Notes: a model not told the origin generated them from the sequence alone. Positions 40,655 to 51,060 are shown, counted from the first letter of the stretch. The stretch is 64,000 nt of DNA from Candidatus Humimicrobium oleiphilum (GCA_002304935.1 DBPS01000009.1:19046-83045); one strand, 5' to 3'. Translations and numbers: made by a program.

Positions 40655-41605
40655 ATGGAATACGTACTTGGAGTTGATGGCGGCGGAACAAAAACCCTGG
40701 CTGCGGCAGCAGACATGGATGGTAAAATCGTTGCTGAGATTCAGTTTGGTTCCTCAAATTTTAAAAGTTCCGGTTTTGAAAGAGCGAAAGATAATTATAC
40801 AAAGGGAATTCTTTCACTTGCCTGGAAATTAAAAAAATCCTTTAAAGATAAAACCCCTTTTTTTAAAAGAGCCTGCATCGGTCTTGCCGGACTAAATACT
40901 GCTTATGACCGTAAAATGTTTAATGAGCTGGTACTAAACGATGATCTGAGGCCCATACTTGATATTGATAATACCATAATGGTAAATGATACAGTAATAG
41001 GCCTTGCCGCAGGCTCAGTGAAAGAAAACAGATTAATAATTATCGCCGGGACCGGTTCCAACTGTTATGGAATAAATGATAAAGGTGTGCAGGCAAAGGC
41101 AAACGGATGGGATCACATACTTGGAGATGAAGGAAGCGGTTTTTCAATGGGAATACATACCCTTAGGGCAGTTATGAGGGCATATGATGGCAGAGGTCCG
41201 GAGACTCTTCTTACCAGGAATGTTTTTGAATACTTAAAAATAAAAGATATTGATGAGCTTAATATGTGGACATATGATACTGAATTTACAAAAGATCGTT
41301 TTGCCTCTTTGTCCCTGGTTCTTTGCAATACTGCCGAAATGGGAGACAGAGTTGCAATTAAAATATTAAAAAAAGAAGCACTGGAAGTAATTCTGAATAT
41401 TAAAACAGTTGCCAGAAAGCTTAAACTCGAAAATAAGGATTTTGATCTTGTTTTTGTTGGTAAAAATTTCAGATGTAAAAAATATTTCACTGATATTATT
41501 ATTGAAAAATTAAGAAACGATTTTCCTTTAATTAATTTTTTACCCCTTACAAACAGGCCGGTTGAAGGAGCAGTACGTCTGGCAGTAGCTAATATAAAAA
41601 AATAG
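40655..41605 (+). CDS. BadF/BadG/BcrA/BcrD-type ATPase (N-acetylglucosamine kinase-like)
   Basis: VLGVDGGGTKT phosphate-1 motif, ASKHA fold. Confidence 0.7.
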   Translation: MEYVLGVDGGGTKTLAAAADMDGKIVAEIQFGSSNFKSSGFERAKDNYTKGILSLAWKLKKSFKDKTPFFKRACIGLAGLNTAYDRKMFNELVLNDDLRPILDIDNTIMVNDTVIGLAAGSVKENRLIIIAGTGSNCYGINDKGVQAKANGWDHILGDEGSGFSMGIHTLRAVMRAYDGRGPETLLTRNVFEYLKIKDIDELNMWTYDTEFTKDRFASLSLVLCNTAEMGDRVAIKILKKEALEVILNIKTVARKLKLENKDFDLVFVGKNFRCKKYFTDIIIEKLRNDFPLINFLPLTNRPVEGAVRLAVANIKK

Positions 41606-41621
41606 CGAAGGTTTTAAGAAA

Positions 41622-43529
41622 ATGAAATGGAAATTGCTTGAACCCGTCAAAATTGGAAAAAAAATTTCAAAAAACAGAATAGCCATGGCTCCCATGGAAA
41701 CAAGAATGAGCACGATATATGGTGACATAACACAGAATATGCTTGACTACTATTCTGAAAGAGCAAAAGGCGGAGCAGGAATGATAATTATTGAGAACAC
41801 TTTTGTCGATAATAAGGCAAGCCGTTCCTCCCTCAGCTCTTCCGGTCTTTACTCCGATCATCTTATTGCTGGTAAGAACCTGCTTGCTGAGGCAATAAAA
41901 CAGGAGAACGCAATTGCAATAATACAATTAAGCCATGGAGGAAGACAGGCGAGGGAAGGTGCCACTCCTTTCGAAGCAGTAGCTCCTTCGCAGGTAATGT
42001 GCAGTATTACCCAAAGAGTACCAAAAGTATTATCAATTGAAGAAATTGAAGATATAGAGAATTCATTTGCAGACGCTGCCTTAAGGGCAAAGAACGCCGG
42101 ATTTGATGGAGTGGAGATACACGGCGCACATGGTTACCTGATTTGCTCCTTCCTTTCGCCGCTTACTAATCTGAGAAAGGATGAATATGGTGGAAATGTG
42201 GAAAACAGAGCAAGATTCCCTAAAAATATAATTAGAAAGATAAGGGAAAAAGTCGGAGAAGATTTTATAGTCGGATACAGGATAAGCGGTTCTGAATTCA
42301 TCCCGGGAGGCCTGGAAATAAATGACACCGCTGGTTTTGCTTCTGATATCCAGAAAGATATTGATTATATACATGTTTCAGCAGGAATATATGAAAGTCC
42401 TTCATTTTCAAACATACCTTCGACTTATGTTCCTGCAGGACAGCTGGTCCCGCTTGCTTGTGAGATTAAGAAAAAAGTATTAGTACCGGTCATAACTGTC
42501 GGAGCCATGAATCCAAGACTTGCCGAACAGGTTTTAAGAGATGGCAAAGCGGATCTAGCTGCCTTTGGGAGAGCGCTGATTGCTGATCCTCAGCTGCCAT
42601 TGAAACTGGCAGAAGACAGGGAAGAAGATATAAGGCCCTGCATAAGAGGGAACGAAGGATGTATCTCAAGATTTTATACCGGATGCGAAATCAGGTGCGA
42701 GGTCAATCCTGCATGCGGCAGAGAAGCCGGATATTCCACAAAGAAAACAACTGCTCCAAAGAAGATACTTATCGCTGGGGGAGGGGTAGCCGGCATGGAG
42801 GCAGCCAGAGTAGCTGCCAATATGGGACATAATGTTACTCTGGCTGAAAAGGATGGCAGACTTGGCGGGCATCTGATTGAAAGCACTACACAGGAATTTA
42901 AAAGTGATGAAGCAGGCTTTCTTAAATGGCTTGTCAGGCAGTTGGAGAAAAGCAGCACAAAAATACTATTAAATAATGCAGTAACGACGGATTTTGTAAA
43001 AAAGGAAAATCCGGATGTATTTATAATAGCCACAGGCTCGGATTATATACAATCTGATATTAAGGGAGCAGAAAAAGCCCTGCTTGCCGATGTTATCCTT
43101 AAAGATACTGAATCTGCGGGAAAAGATGTAATTATTATTGGCGGCGGTCTTGTAGGGTCTGAAACAGCATTGATGCTTGCAATTAATGGACATAATGTCA
43201 CAATAATTGAGCAGCTTGAAATGCTGGCTGTAAAACATGAACCCGGCACACGGGAAGCTTTAATTAACAGGTTAAAGCAGAATAAAGTGAAAATACTTAC
43301 CAGTCATGAAGTCCTGGAAATAAAAGACGGCAGCGTTATTGTAAAAGATAAAGCAGGGAATATTGCAGAAATAAGCGCAGATACAATTGTAACTGCAACA
43401 GGCCTTGTCAGCAGAGATATATCTGAACTTAAAAATATTATACCGAAAACTTATGTAATAGGAGACTGCGTGCAGGCAAGAAAAATATATCAATGCATGC
43501 ACGAAGCCTGGTCAGTAGGGGACGTATAA
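41622..43529 (+). CDS. NADH:flavin oxidoreductase (old yellow enzyme family) fused to FAD/NAD(P)-binding reductase domain (2-enoate/2,4-dienoyl-CoA reductase-like)
   Basis: OYE TIM barrel (HGAHGYLI), 4Fe-4S Cys motif, C-terminal GGGVAGMEAAR Rossmann. Confidence 0.85.
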   Translation: MKWKLLEPVKIGKKISKNRIAMAPMETRMSTIYGDITQNMLDYYSERAKGGAGMIIIENTFVDNKASRSSLSSSGLYSDHLIAGKNLLAEAIKQENAIAIIQLSHGGRQAREGATPFEAVAPSQVMCSITQRVPKVLSIEEIEDIENSFADAALRAKNAGFDGVEIHGAHGYLICSFLSPLTNLRKDEYGGNVENRARFPKNIIRKIREKVGEDFIVGYRISGSEFIPGGLEINDTAGFASDIQKDIDYIHVSAGIYESPSFSNIPSTYVPAGQLVPLACEIKKKVLVPVITVGAMNPRLAEQVLRDGKADLAAFGRALIADPQLPLKLAEDREEDIRPCIRGNEGCISRFYTGCEIRCEVNPACGREAGYSTKKTTAPKKILIAGGGVAGMEAARVAANMGHNVTLAEKDGRLGGHLIESTTQEFKSDEAGFLKWLVRQLEKSSTKILLNNAVTTDFVKKENPDVFIIATGSDYIQSDIKGAEKALLADVILKDTESAGKDVIIIGGGLVGSETALMLAINGHNVTIIEQLEMLAVKHEPGTREALINRLKQNKVKILTSHEVLEIKDGSVIVKDKAGNIAEISADTIVTATGLVSRDISELKNIIPKTYVIGDCVQARKIYQCMHEAWSVGDV

Positions 43530-43564
43530 TTTGGCCCCTACTCAGTAGGGACGTATAATTTGGC
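43513..43564. repeat. left arm of composite inverted repeat: two tandem copies of CAGTA-GGGGACGTATAATTTGGC(CCC) (overlaps stop codon of preceding gene)
   Basis: direct reading; cores at 43518..43538 and 43548..43564. Confidence 0.85.
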
Positions 43565-43838
43565 TCCTTTATTATTGATCAATATAAATATTTTAAATAT
43601 ATAAAATCAAATTAAGTTGTATCATCCTTAAGTATTAATAAAGCAATGTTTTATATTTAAAAATATTAAAATAATTTATTGAAGGCAACTTTTAGATGGA
43701 TTATTTAAATCATCAATTATTACCTAAAATGCTGTTTTTAATTAAAATTCAATATAACTATGGCAATTTCTGTACCATTGTTTATGGATAATCTGATTTG
43801 TATTGATTTGATTAGTAATGCATCTTTTAAAGAAGATA

Positions 43839-43884
43839 CCAAATTATACGTCCCCATGGAGAAGGGGCCAAATTATACGTCCCC
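43839..43884. repeat. right arm of composite inverted repeat: two tandem copies of GGGGCCAAATTATACGTCCCC in inverted orientation
   Basis: reverse complement of left-arm core at 43839..43855 and 43864..43884. Confidence 0.85.
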
Positions 43885-43989
43885 ATTTACAAATAAAGAG
43901 TAGTGTGATAATATACCTTAACCTGATTTTACGAGATATCAGGTAAAAAGTTGCTCTTTTAAAAAATAATAAAGTCGTTGAGCAGGAAT

Positions 43990-44320
43990 AGTAAGCATTG
44001 GGCGGCAAATAGAGAGTCACTGATGGTGGGAATGTGACAGCAAGGCCGGTGTCTGAATGGGCCTGTGAGATGCCTGGTAGAACTCCGGAAATCTACTTGG
44101 AGTGATTGAACAGGAAAGTAGACCAGGACGGTTTCCTCCGTTATCATAGGATAGGGTATGAAAGTACCTGAAAAGAGCACTGTTTTAATAGTTTTTATTT
44201 AAACTTTGTAATAGGTAATAGATTGCAGGATTATTAAGCAGTGAAGTAGAGTGGCACCGCGGGAAGCAAGACCTCTCGTCTCTACATTTCTAATTGTTTC
44301 AATCTGGTTTTTTTAGATGA
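43990..44320 (+). promoter_or_regulatory. putative T-box leader RNA upstream of trpB2 (T-box sequence AAGTAGAGTGGCACCGCGGG at 44244..44263)
   Basis: AGAGAG (GA/K-turn-like) near 5' end at 44011, GC-richer structured region, near-consensus T-box motif, U7 run at 44308..44314. Confidence 0.5.
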
Positions 44321-44487
44321 ACAGACTGGAACAATTGGGATTATTGTAGGATGAAAGAGGTTTTTTTATTTCCGGGTGCTTTTTATTTTTACCAGACAGA
44401 GAATAAATCAGATAAATGCTTAAAACCTGTAAATGACAGATTAACCTCTTTCAAAGTATTTTTAAAAAAACTTATGAAAGGAAAGAA

Positions 44488-45855
44488 ATGGAAGACAAAA
44501 CAAAAAAATATATATTACCGGAAAATGAAATACCTTCAAAATGGTACAACATTAATCCTGATCTGCCAAAGCCTATGGCTCCTCCGTGCAATCCCCAGAC
44601 CGGAAAACCACTGACTCCTGAAGAACTGGAAGTAATATTTCCAAGAAGCATAATAGAGCAGGAAATAAGCATGCAGAATTATATTGATATACCTCCCGAG
44701 CTGATTGACATTTACAGAATGTGGAGGCCTACTCCTCTCGTTAGGGCTGAAAGACTTGAACAAATGCTTGATACTCCAGCAAAAATATTTTTTAAGAATG
44801 AATCAGTAAGTCCGGCTGGGAGCCATAAACCTAATACTGCTGTTGCACAGGCTTATTACAATAAAAAAGACGGTACTGGCAGGCTTACCACTGAGACTGG
44901 TGCAGGCCAGTGGGGCTGTGCACTTAGTTTTGCAGGAGCACTTATAGGGATACCCGTAACTGTTTATATGGTAAAAGTAAGTTATGAACAGAAACCTTAC
45001 AGAAAAATGATGATGCATGCATATGGCGGAAAAGTCCATCCGTCACCATCAAAACTGACAGATGCGGGAAGAGCAATGCTTGCTCAGGACCCGGATTGTC
45101 CCGGAAGCCTCGGTCTTGCAATAAGTGAAGCTGTGGAAGAAGCAGTAAAAAGCGGAGGTGAAGCAAAATACAGCCTGGGAAGTGTGTTAAATCATGTTAT
45201 CCTGCACCAGACAATAGTAGGCCTTGAAACCAAGAATCAGTTTGAGAAAATGGGGATTACCCCGGATATTCTTATCGGCTGTGTCGGAGGAGGAAGCAAT
45301 TTCGGTGGTTTTGTTTTCCCGTTTATTCCTGAAAAAATTAAAGGCAAAAATATCAGGATGATAGCAGTGGAACCTGCATCCTGTCCGACCCTTACAAAAG
45401 GAGAATTCACTTTTGATTACGGTGATACTGCCAAGATGGCTCCAATAGTCCAGATGTATACTCTCGGGCATGATTTTATGCCTCCATCAATTCATGCAGG
45501 CGGTCTAAGATATCATGGGATGGCCCCTCAGGTCAGCATGCTTTATCATGAAGGACTGATTGAAGCAGTAGCATATCCCCAGAATCCATGTTTTGAAGCA
45601 GCAATGATGTTCGCAAAAGCAGAAGGAATAATCCCGGCACCAGAATCAAGCCACGCTATAAAGTGCGCTATAGATGAAGCATTAAAATGCAGAAAGACAG
45701 GAGAGAAAAAAGTGATCGCCTTTAATCTCAGCGGTCATGGGCATTTTGATATGACCGCATATGAAAAGTATATGGAAGGCAAGCTTACTGATTATGAATA
45801 TCCTAAGGAATTAATAAAGGAATCACTTAAAAAGCTTCCCAAAGTAGATATTTAA
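44488..45855 (+). CDS. trpB2: TrpB2-type tryptophan synthase beta-like PLP enzyme
   Basis: N-terminal extension typical of TrpB2 ([25 protein letters not shown]), PLP lysine motif SPAGSHKPN. Confidence 0.85.
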   Translation: MEDKTKKYILPENEIPSKWYNINPDLPKPMAPPCNPQTGKPLTPEELEVIFPRSIIEQEISMQNYIDIPPELIDIYRMWRPTPLVRAERLEQMLDTPAKIFFKNESVSPAGSHKPNTAVAQAYYNKKDGTGRLTTETGAGQWGCALSFAGALIGIPVTVYMVKVSYEQKPYRKMMMHAYGGKVHPSPSKLTDAGRAMLAQDPDCPGSLGLAISEAVEEAVKSGGEAKYSLGSVLNHVILHQTIVGLETKNQFEKMGITPDILIGCVGGGSNFGGFVFPFIPEKIKGKNIRMIAVEPASCPTLTKGEFTFDYGDTAKMAPIVQMYTLGHDFMPPSIHAGGLRYHGMAPQVSMLYHEGLIEAVAYPQNPCFEAAMMFAKAEGIIPAPESSHAIKCAIDEALKCRKTGEKKVIAFNLSGHGHFDMTAYEKYMEGKLTDYEYPKELIKESLKKLPKVDI

Positions 45856-45910
45856 TATCTTACCCGGATATTTCTTATTTTATGGGTAAAAATAATAAAA
45901 ATATTTTGAA

Positions 45911-45941
45911 TGGAGCAGATTTGAATCTGCTCCATTTTTTT
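45911..45941 (+). terminator. intrinsic terminator after trpB2
   Basis: GGAGCAGATTTGAATCTGCTCC hairpin followed by T-run of 8. Confidence 0.7.
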
Positions 45942-46004
45942 GTAGAATATCCTTTTGATTTGTTACAAATATCATATAATATTTAAGAAAGTCTAAGGAA
46001 AAAT

Positions 46005-46760
46005 ATGTTAAAAGATGCCTCTTTTATTTTTGCGATTTTACTTGAAATAGGAGTCCCGATTATAATTGCTTCTTTTCTGGCAAAAAGATTCAGGGTCTCA
46101 TGGAAAATATTCTTTATAGGACTTATACTTTTCCTAATTTCACTCATAAGGATTCCATTGAACAGTATTGTTTCGGAATTCTTAAGATTTAATTTCATGG
46201 GTGAAAAGCTTCTAATTCTTTCCATATTATTTCCCTCTTTTACTGCAGCTCTTTTCGAGGAAGGTTTCAGAACTCTTGGAATCGGGCTGATTGTGAGACA
46301 AAAAAACTTTTACAAGGGTCTTATGTATGGAATAGGCCATGGAGGCGGAGGCGAGTCAATGATTTTTGTCGGTTTTTCGCTGCTTGCAAATTATGTGGCC
46401 TATAAATTACTGGGAACCCTCCCCATGCTTGCCCCCCTTAAGGAAAGTTTCGATTCAATGATATGGTATATGCCTCTTATAGGAGCGGGAGAAAGAATGA
46501 TGACCATAGTAATCCAGCTGGCATTCTCTGTGCTTGTCATGGCAGCGTTTCTCAGGAAAAAATATTATCTGATTTTTATTGCTTTCCTGATGCATCTGGC
46601 AATAGATTTCTTTACAGTATATGTGGCTTCAAAGACATCGATTTTATGGTCAGAACTTACCGTACTTTTTTTTGCTGCTATCTCTGTATTAATAATAATG
46701 TTCTTTTATCGTGATTATAAAAAATATGAGAAAAGTGATACTGGAAGCGGAGCAGCATAA
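46005..46760 (+). CDS. YhfC/CPBP-like intramembrane metalloprotease family protein
   Basis: multi-TM with EEGFR and GHGG motifs. Confidence 0.5.
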   Translation: MLKDASFIFAILLEIGVPIIIASFLAKRFRVSWKIFFIGLILFLISLIRIPLNSIVSEFLRFNFMGEKLLILSILFPSFTAALFEEGFRTLGIGLIVRQKNFYKGLMYGIGHGGGGESMIFVGFSLLANYVAYKLLGTLPMLAPLKESFDSMIWYMPLIGAGERMMTIVIQLAFSVLVMAAFLRKKYYLIFIAFLMHLAIDFFTVYVASKTSILWSELTVLFFAAISVLIIMFFYRDYKKYEKSDTGSGAA

Positions 46761-46932
46761 GAAATTTTATGGAACCAAAGCCAGTCCGGCCACCAGACGG
46801 AAAAAGTGAATTCAGCCTGGTCAGTAAAACGAGACAGTAAAAAAGTAAAGCCAGGCTGTAAAACTTTTATATTTCCACGTTATTTTTAGTCATCCGGCAA
46901 TATCAGCAAATAATTTTTTAAATAATCTCTCC

Positions 46933-48498
46933 TCATCCCAGTATTTTTTTAAGATCCTCTCCAGGAGTGCTTATAGGAGAAATATTAAATTTTTCTACCA
47001 GCACATTTAAAACATTGGAAGACACAAATGCCGGCAATGTCGGACCCAGATAGATATTTCTGATTCCGAGAGAAAGAAGCGTAAGCAATATACATACCGC
47101 TTTCTGTTCATACCATGAAAGTACAAGTGCCAGTGGTAGTTCATTGACTCCGCAATTAAATGCATCTGCAAGTGCCAGAGCAACTTTAATTGCAGAATAT
47201 GCATCATTGCACTGACCCATATCCATTATTCTTGGAAGACCCCCGATCTCACCTATATTCAAATCATTAAATCTGAACTTGCCGCAGGCAAGGGTAAGAA
47301 TAACCGTATCTTTCGGTGTCATGCTTACAAAATCAGTATAGTAATTTCTGCCAGGTTTTGCCCCGTCACATCCGCCTACAAGGAAAAAGTGTTTTATTGC
47401 TCCTGCTTTTACAGCTTCAATGACTTTGTCGGCAACTCCGAGAACAGTATTCCGAGCAAATCCGGTCATCAGCTCAGAACCACCGTTTATTCCTGTGAAA
47501 TGCATATCTTTATCCCAGCCTCCAAGCTCAAGCGCTTTTTTTATTACAGGAGAAAAATCTTTAATTCCGTTTTTACCTTCAGGGATGTGTTTCATTTCAG
47601 GAAATCCCACTACTGATGTGGTAAACACCCTGTCAGCATAGCTGGACCTGGGCGGCATAAGGCAATTTGTCGTAAATAGTACCGGTGCAGGAATATCAGC
47701 AAATTCTTTCTGCTGATTCTGCCAAGCAGTTCCGAAATTTCCCCTAAGATGGGAATATTTTTTTAATTCAGGATAACCATGAGCTGGTAGCATTTCACCA
47801 TGCGTATATATATTTATCCCTTTGCCTTCTGTCTGTTCAAGAAGCTGCTTCAGATCCAGAAGATCATGTCCTGTTATAACTATAAAAGGCCCCTTTTCAA
47901 CATTTGTTGTGACTTTTGCAGGAACAGGATGTCCGTATGCAGAGGTATTTGCTTCATCAAGAAGAGCCATGCACTTAAGATTTGCCTGTCCGAACTCCAT
48001 AATAATATCCAGCCATTGTTCAATGCTATGCTCTTCGGCCATGGCTTTAAGACCTTTGTAAAACCAACCGTTGATTTCATCATCACTTTTACCCAGAACA
48101 TAAGCATGCCACGCATATGCTGCCATTCCCCGCATGCCAAACAAAAGCGTTGACCTAAGAGAAACAATGTCTGTATCTCCGCTCCAAAGTGATTCTGCAT
48201 TAAAATCATTGCTACCTTTTAATCTGATTATTTCCTTTTGAACCTGTGAATTTAATACTTCGATACGGTTATAGTCAAAATTGACATTTGTTATTGTTGC
48301 AAAAAGACTTTGCATTACAAGTTCATCAGCTTCTCTGCCCGGACTTTTACCATCCGAAGCTATGGCAAGATTTACTAGAGAAGCAGTCAGCTTATCCTGA
48401 TTATTGGCTACATCTGGTTTTTTCCCGCACACACCGGTTTTTATGCATCCTTTGCCACCGGCAGTCTGCTCACACTGAAAACAAAACATTTCATTCAT
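46933..48498 (-). CDS. hcp: hydroxylamine reductase (hybrid-cluster protein)
   Basis: N-terminal CFQCEQTAGGKGC cubane cluster motif, 521 aa. Confidence 0.9.
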   Translation of the reverse strand: MNEMFCFQCEQTAGGKGCIKTGVCGKKPDVANNQDKLTASLVNLAIASDGKSPGREADELVMQSLFATITNVNFDYNRIEVLNSQVQKEIIRLKGSNDFNAESLWSGDTDIVSLRSTLLFGMRGMAAYAWHAYVLGKSDDEINGWFYKGLKAMAEEHSIEQWLDIIMEFGQANLKCMALLDEANTSAYGHPVPAKVTTNVEKGPFIVITGHDLLDLKQLLEQTEGKGINIYTHGEMLPAHGYPELKKYSHLRGNFGTAWQNQQKEFADIPAPVLFTTNCLMPPRSSYADRVFTTSVVGFPEMKHIPEGKNGIKDFSPVIKKALELGGWDKDMHFTGINGGSELMTGFARNTVLGVADKVIEAVKAGAIKHFFLVGGCDGAKPGRNYYTDFVSMTPKDTVILTLACGKFRFNDLNIGEIGGLPRIMDMGQCNDAYSAIKVALALADAFNCGVNELPLALVLSWYEQKAVCILLTLLSLGIRNIYLGPTLPAFVSSNVLNVLVEKFNISPISTPGEDLKKILG

Positions 48499-48625
48499 AT
48501 TCCCTCCTATTTCTTTATTAGAAAATAAATAACTTGTTATTAATAATTAAAAAATAAATTATAAATACCTGGTTTCATCATTTGTTATTGTGGTTTTTAT
48601 ATAATATTTGATAACCCGGTATTAA

Positions 48626-49387
48626 TCAAAAGCTTTTTTGAGCGTATATTTTAATGCTTGATGCATAATCTTCCCGGCTGTTAAAAGGATATCTGACTTC
48701 ATCTATAATTTTAATATTTATAAAGCCAGCTCTTTTTATGGAGTCCAGATAATCTTCTTTTAATATTGCACCAGATATACAGCTGACATAGGCAGCAATG
48801 TCATTCTTTATATAATCCGGAAGTTCTCTTATAAGAACTATATCTGATACCATCATCCTGCCTCCTGGTTTTAATACCCTGAAAGCTTCTTTAAATACCC
48901 TGTCTTTATCAGGGGACAGATTAATAACGCAGTTAGAAATGACAACGTCTATTTTATTATCAGCACATGGAATATTTTCAATTTCTCCCAACCTGAATTC
49001 TACATTCGAAAAATTTCCTTTAACTGCATTTTCTCTTGCTTTTTCCAGCATGTCGCTGGTCATATCGACACCTATGACTTTTCCATCCGGTCCTACCCTT
49101 TCTGCCGCCAGAAAACAGTCAAATCCTGCACCGCTGCCAAGGTCAAGAACAATTTCACCTTCTTTAAGAGACGCAATTGCAACAGGATTACCGCAACCGA
49201 GACCGAGATTTGAACCTTCAGGGACTTTTTCCAAATCTTCATCAGAGTATCCCATTTCAAGGCTTATTTCTCTTTCTATTCCCCTCTGTCCGCAGCAGTT
49301 GCTAAAAGAAGATGAGCAGCATGAGTTTTCTTTTGCAATTTTGGAGTAGCCTTCCCTTACAATTTTTTTTATATCTCTTTCTTCCAT
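48626..49387 (-). CDS. arsM: arsenite S-adenosylmethionine methyltransferase
   Basis: SAM-binding VLDLGSGAG, N-terminal Cys pairs (CCSSSFSNCCG), conserved Cys in C-terminal region. Confidence 0.8.
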   Translation of the reverse strand: MEERDIKKIVREGYSKIAKENSCCSSSFSNCCGQRGIEREISLEMGYSDEDLEKVPEGSNLGLGCGNPVAIASLKEGEIVLDLGSGAGFDCFLAAERVGPDGKVIGVDMTSDMLEKARENAVKGNFSNVEFRLGEIENIPCADNKIDVVISNCVINLSPDKDRVFKEAFRVLKPGGRMMVSDIVLIRELPDYIKNDIAAYVSCISGAILKEDYLDSIKRAGFINIKIIDEVRYPFNSREDYASSIKIYAQKSF

Positions 49388-49400
49388 TTAAATCCCTTGC

Positions 49401-49745
49401 TTATTCTATATTTAATTTTTTAATCTCATTATATAATGCAGCACCTTTTATATCCCCGTAAAATACAAGCTCTCCGTTGAGGCGTGTCAGTGGTAAAGGA
49501 TATCCGATATCTATTGCCTTTTTAACATTACCATACTGTTCCAGATCATTATTTTCTATATCGATAAAACTTAATTCTGTAATATCTTTTACATCACTGC
49601 CATTTATAAATACTTCCATTTTCCCGTAAAGCTCATCTGTCCTTATGGAAGGGCAGCCACAGCCGCCGCAGCTGCAGCTACAGGCTCCGCTGCCGGCATT
49701 CTGTTCCGGGATTCCGAAAACTTCGACTTTTGCTTTTTTAACCAT
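49401..49745 (-). CDS. ArsD-like arsenic metallochaperone (thioredoxin-like fold) with Cys-rich N-terminal loop
   Basis: C-terminal GYPLPLTRLNGELVFYGDI resembles ArsD GLPLLLLDGETVMAGRYP; N-terminal GACSCSCGGCGCP. Confidence 0.5.
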   Translation of the reverse strand: MVKKAKVEVFGIPEQNAGSGACSCSCGGCGCPSIRTDELYGKMEVFINGSDVKDITELSFIDIENNDLEQYGNVKKAIDIGYPLPLTRLNGELVFYGDIKGAALYNEIKKLNIE

Positions 49746-49979
49746 GTTTTATAACCTGCCTTTCAAAAATAAAATCATTATATATAGATATATTTATATG
49801 TATCGATATGTTATCTGATAAAAAATTAAATTGTCAAGTAATTTGATTTGAATTAACATATCGATAAAAATAAATATGCCTTAATAGTTTTTAAATTAAA
49901 AAACCAGTTGTTTATTTTGGAAAAATATAAAAATTGTAAGGCATATATATGAATATTGATTAAGGAAGAAATATTTTAA

Positions 49980-50363
49980 GTGGTTATGTTAAAAGAAATA
50001 GTAAAAATTAACAGGGCATTGTCTGATATTACAAGATTAAGGATAATGGCGCTTCTTTATAAGAAGAAGAAATTATGTGTATGTGAAATAAAAGAGGTAA
50101 TAGGCTTGTCCCAGCCAACGGTTTCAAGCCATTTGAAAATACTTGAAAGCGGACGTCTGATAAAAGGATTCAGGGAAGGCAAGTGGATGAATTATGAAAT
50201 TAACGAAAGTCTTGAAGAGAAAAAAAGAAAATATATAAAACTTATAATTTCTTTACTTAAAGATGACAGCCAGACAGCTGCTGACGAAGAAAAAGCAAAA
50301 AAAGCGGACAGATTCTGCCTTTGCAGGCAGCCTGGCAGAATTAAGAGAAATATTTCTTGTTAA
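49980..50363 (+). CDS. arsR: ArsR/SmtB-family transcriptional regulator
   Basis: ELCVCEIKEVIGLSQPTVSSHLKIL metal-binding/HTH motif. Confidence 0.85.
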   Translation: MVMLKEIVKINRALSDITRLRIMALLYKKKKLCVCEIKEVIGLSQPTVSSHLKILESGRLIKGFREGKWMNYEINESLEEKKRKYIKLIISLLKDDSQTAADEEKAKKADRFCLCRQPGRIKRNISC

Positions 50364-50469
50364 AAATTATTCTTAACCAGAAAAGTACATAGAATTATTA
50401 ACATAAATTTATCAAGCGCGGACAATATCCTTCCCGATATCAAAAAAATATTCTGAACAGGAGACTGAA

Positions 50470-50955
50470 ATGATTGAAAAAGTTGTTGAATTTATGATTT
50501 CTTATTTTGAAAAAGACAGAAAAATGATAAATCATACTTTAAAAGTATATGGATTTGCGCGGACTATAGGCAAACTGGAAAAGCTTCCTGAAGAAAATCA
50601 GCTGACGCTTGAACTTGCATCCATACTTCATGATATAGGTATTAAAGTATCGCGTGAAAAATATAATTCCTCAGATGCAAAGTATCAGGAAAAAGAGGGG
50701 CCTGCAATAGTCAGAAGCATACTGGAACCTCTTGGATTTAATGAAGACATTATAGAGAGAGTGTCTTTTATAGTAGGAAGCCATCATAGCTATGACAAAA
50801 TAGATGATGCTGATTTCCGTATAGTAGTGGAAGCGGATTTTCTTGTAAATCTTGATGAGGGTTTTGTTCCCATGAGTGAATTTGACTTTGTCAGAGAAAA
50901 CTATTTTAAAACAGAATCTTCGGCTAAAATGCTTGATTCCATGTATAAAGAATAA
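50470..50955 (+). CDS. HD-domain phosphohydrolase
   Basis: H...HD...H motifs (HTLKV, LHDIG, GSHHS). Confidence 0.75.
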   Translation: MIEKVVEFMISYFEKDRKMINHTLKVYGFARTIGKLEKLPEENQLTLELASILHDIGIKVSREKYNSSDAKYQEKEGPAIVRSILEPLGFNEDIIERVSFIVGSHHSYDKIDDADFRIVVEADFLVNLDEGFVPMSEFDFVRENYFKTESSAKMLDSMYKE

Positions 50956-51060
50956 AAATAGGTAATTTTATTGACAGAAATTGTTAAAAATAAATATAAT
51001 ATAGATAATTTTCTATATCATAGATAAATATCTATATTATTAATATGATTTTTTATCAAG

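Noticed and set aside
43959-44180. 73-aa minus-strand ORF inside the putative T-box leader
   Set aside because: Lies antisense within the GC-rich structured leader. No RBS. Composition-driven.
44308-44314. U7 run as the T-box terminator
   Set aside because: Could not pair the preceding sequence into a stable helix that competes with the T-box antiterminator. It is kept only as a note inside the T-box finding.
44351-44614. 87-aa ORF overlapping the T-box leader tail and the trpB2 start in another frame
   Set aside because: Overlaps a well-supported gene start and a regulatory leader. K-rich low-complexity translation.
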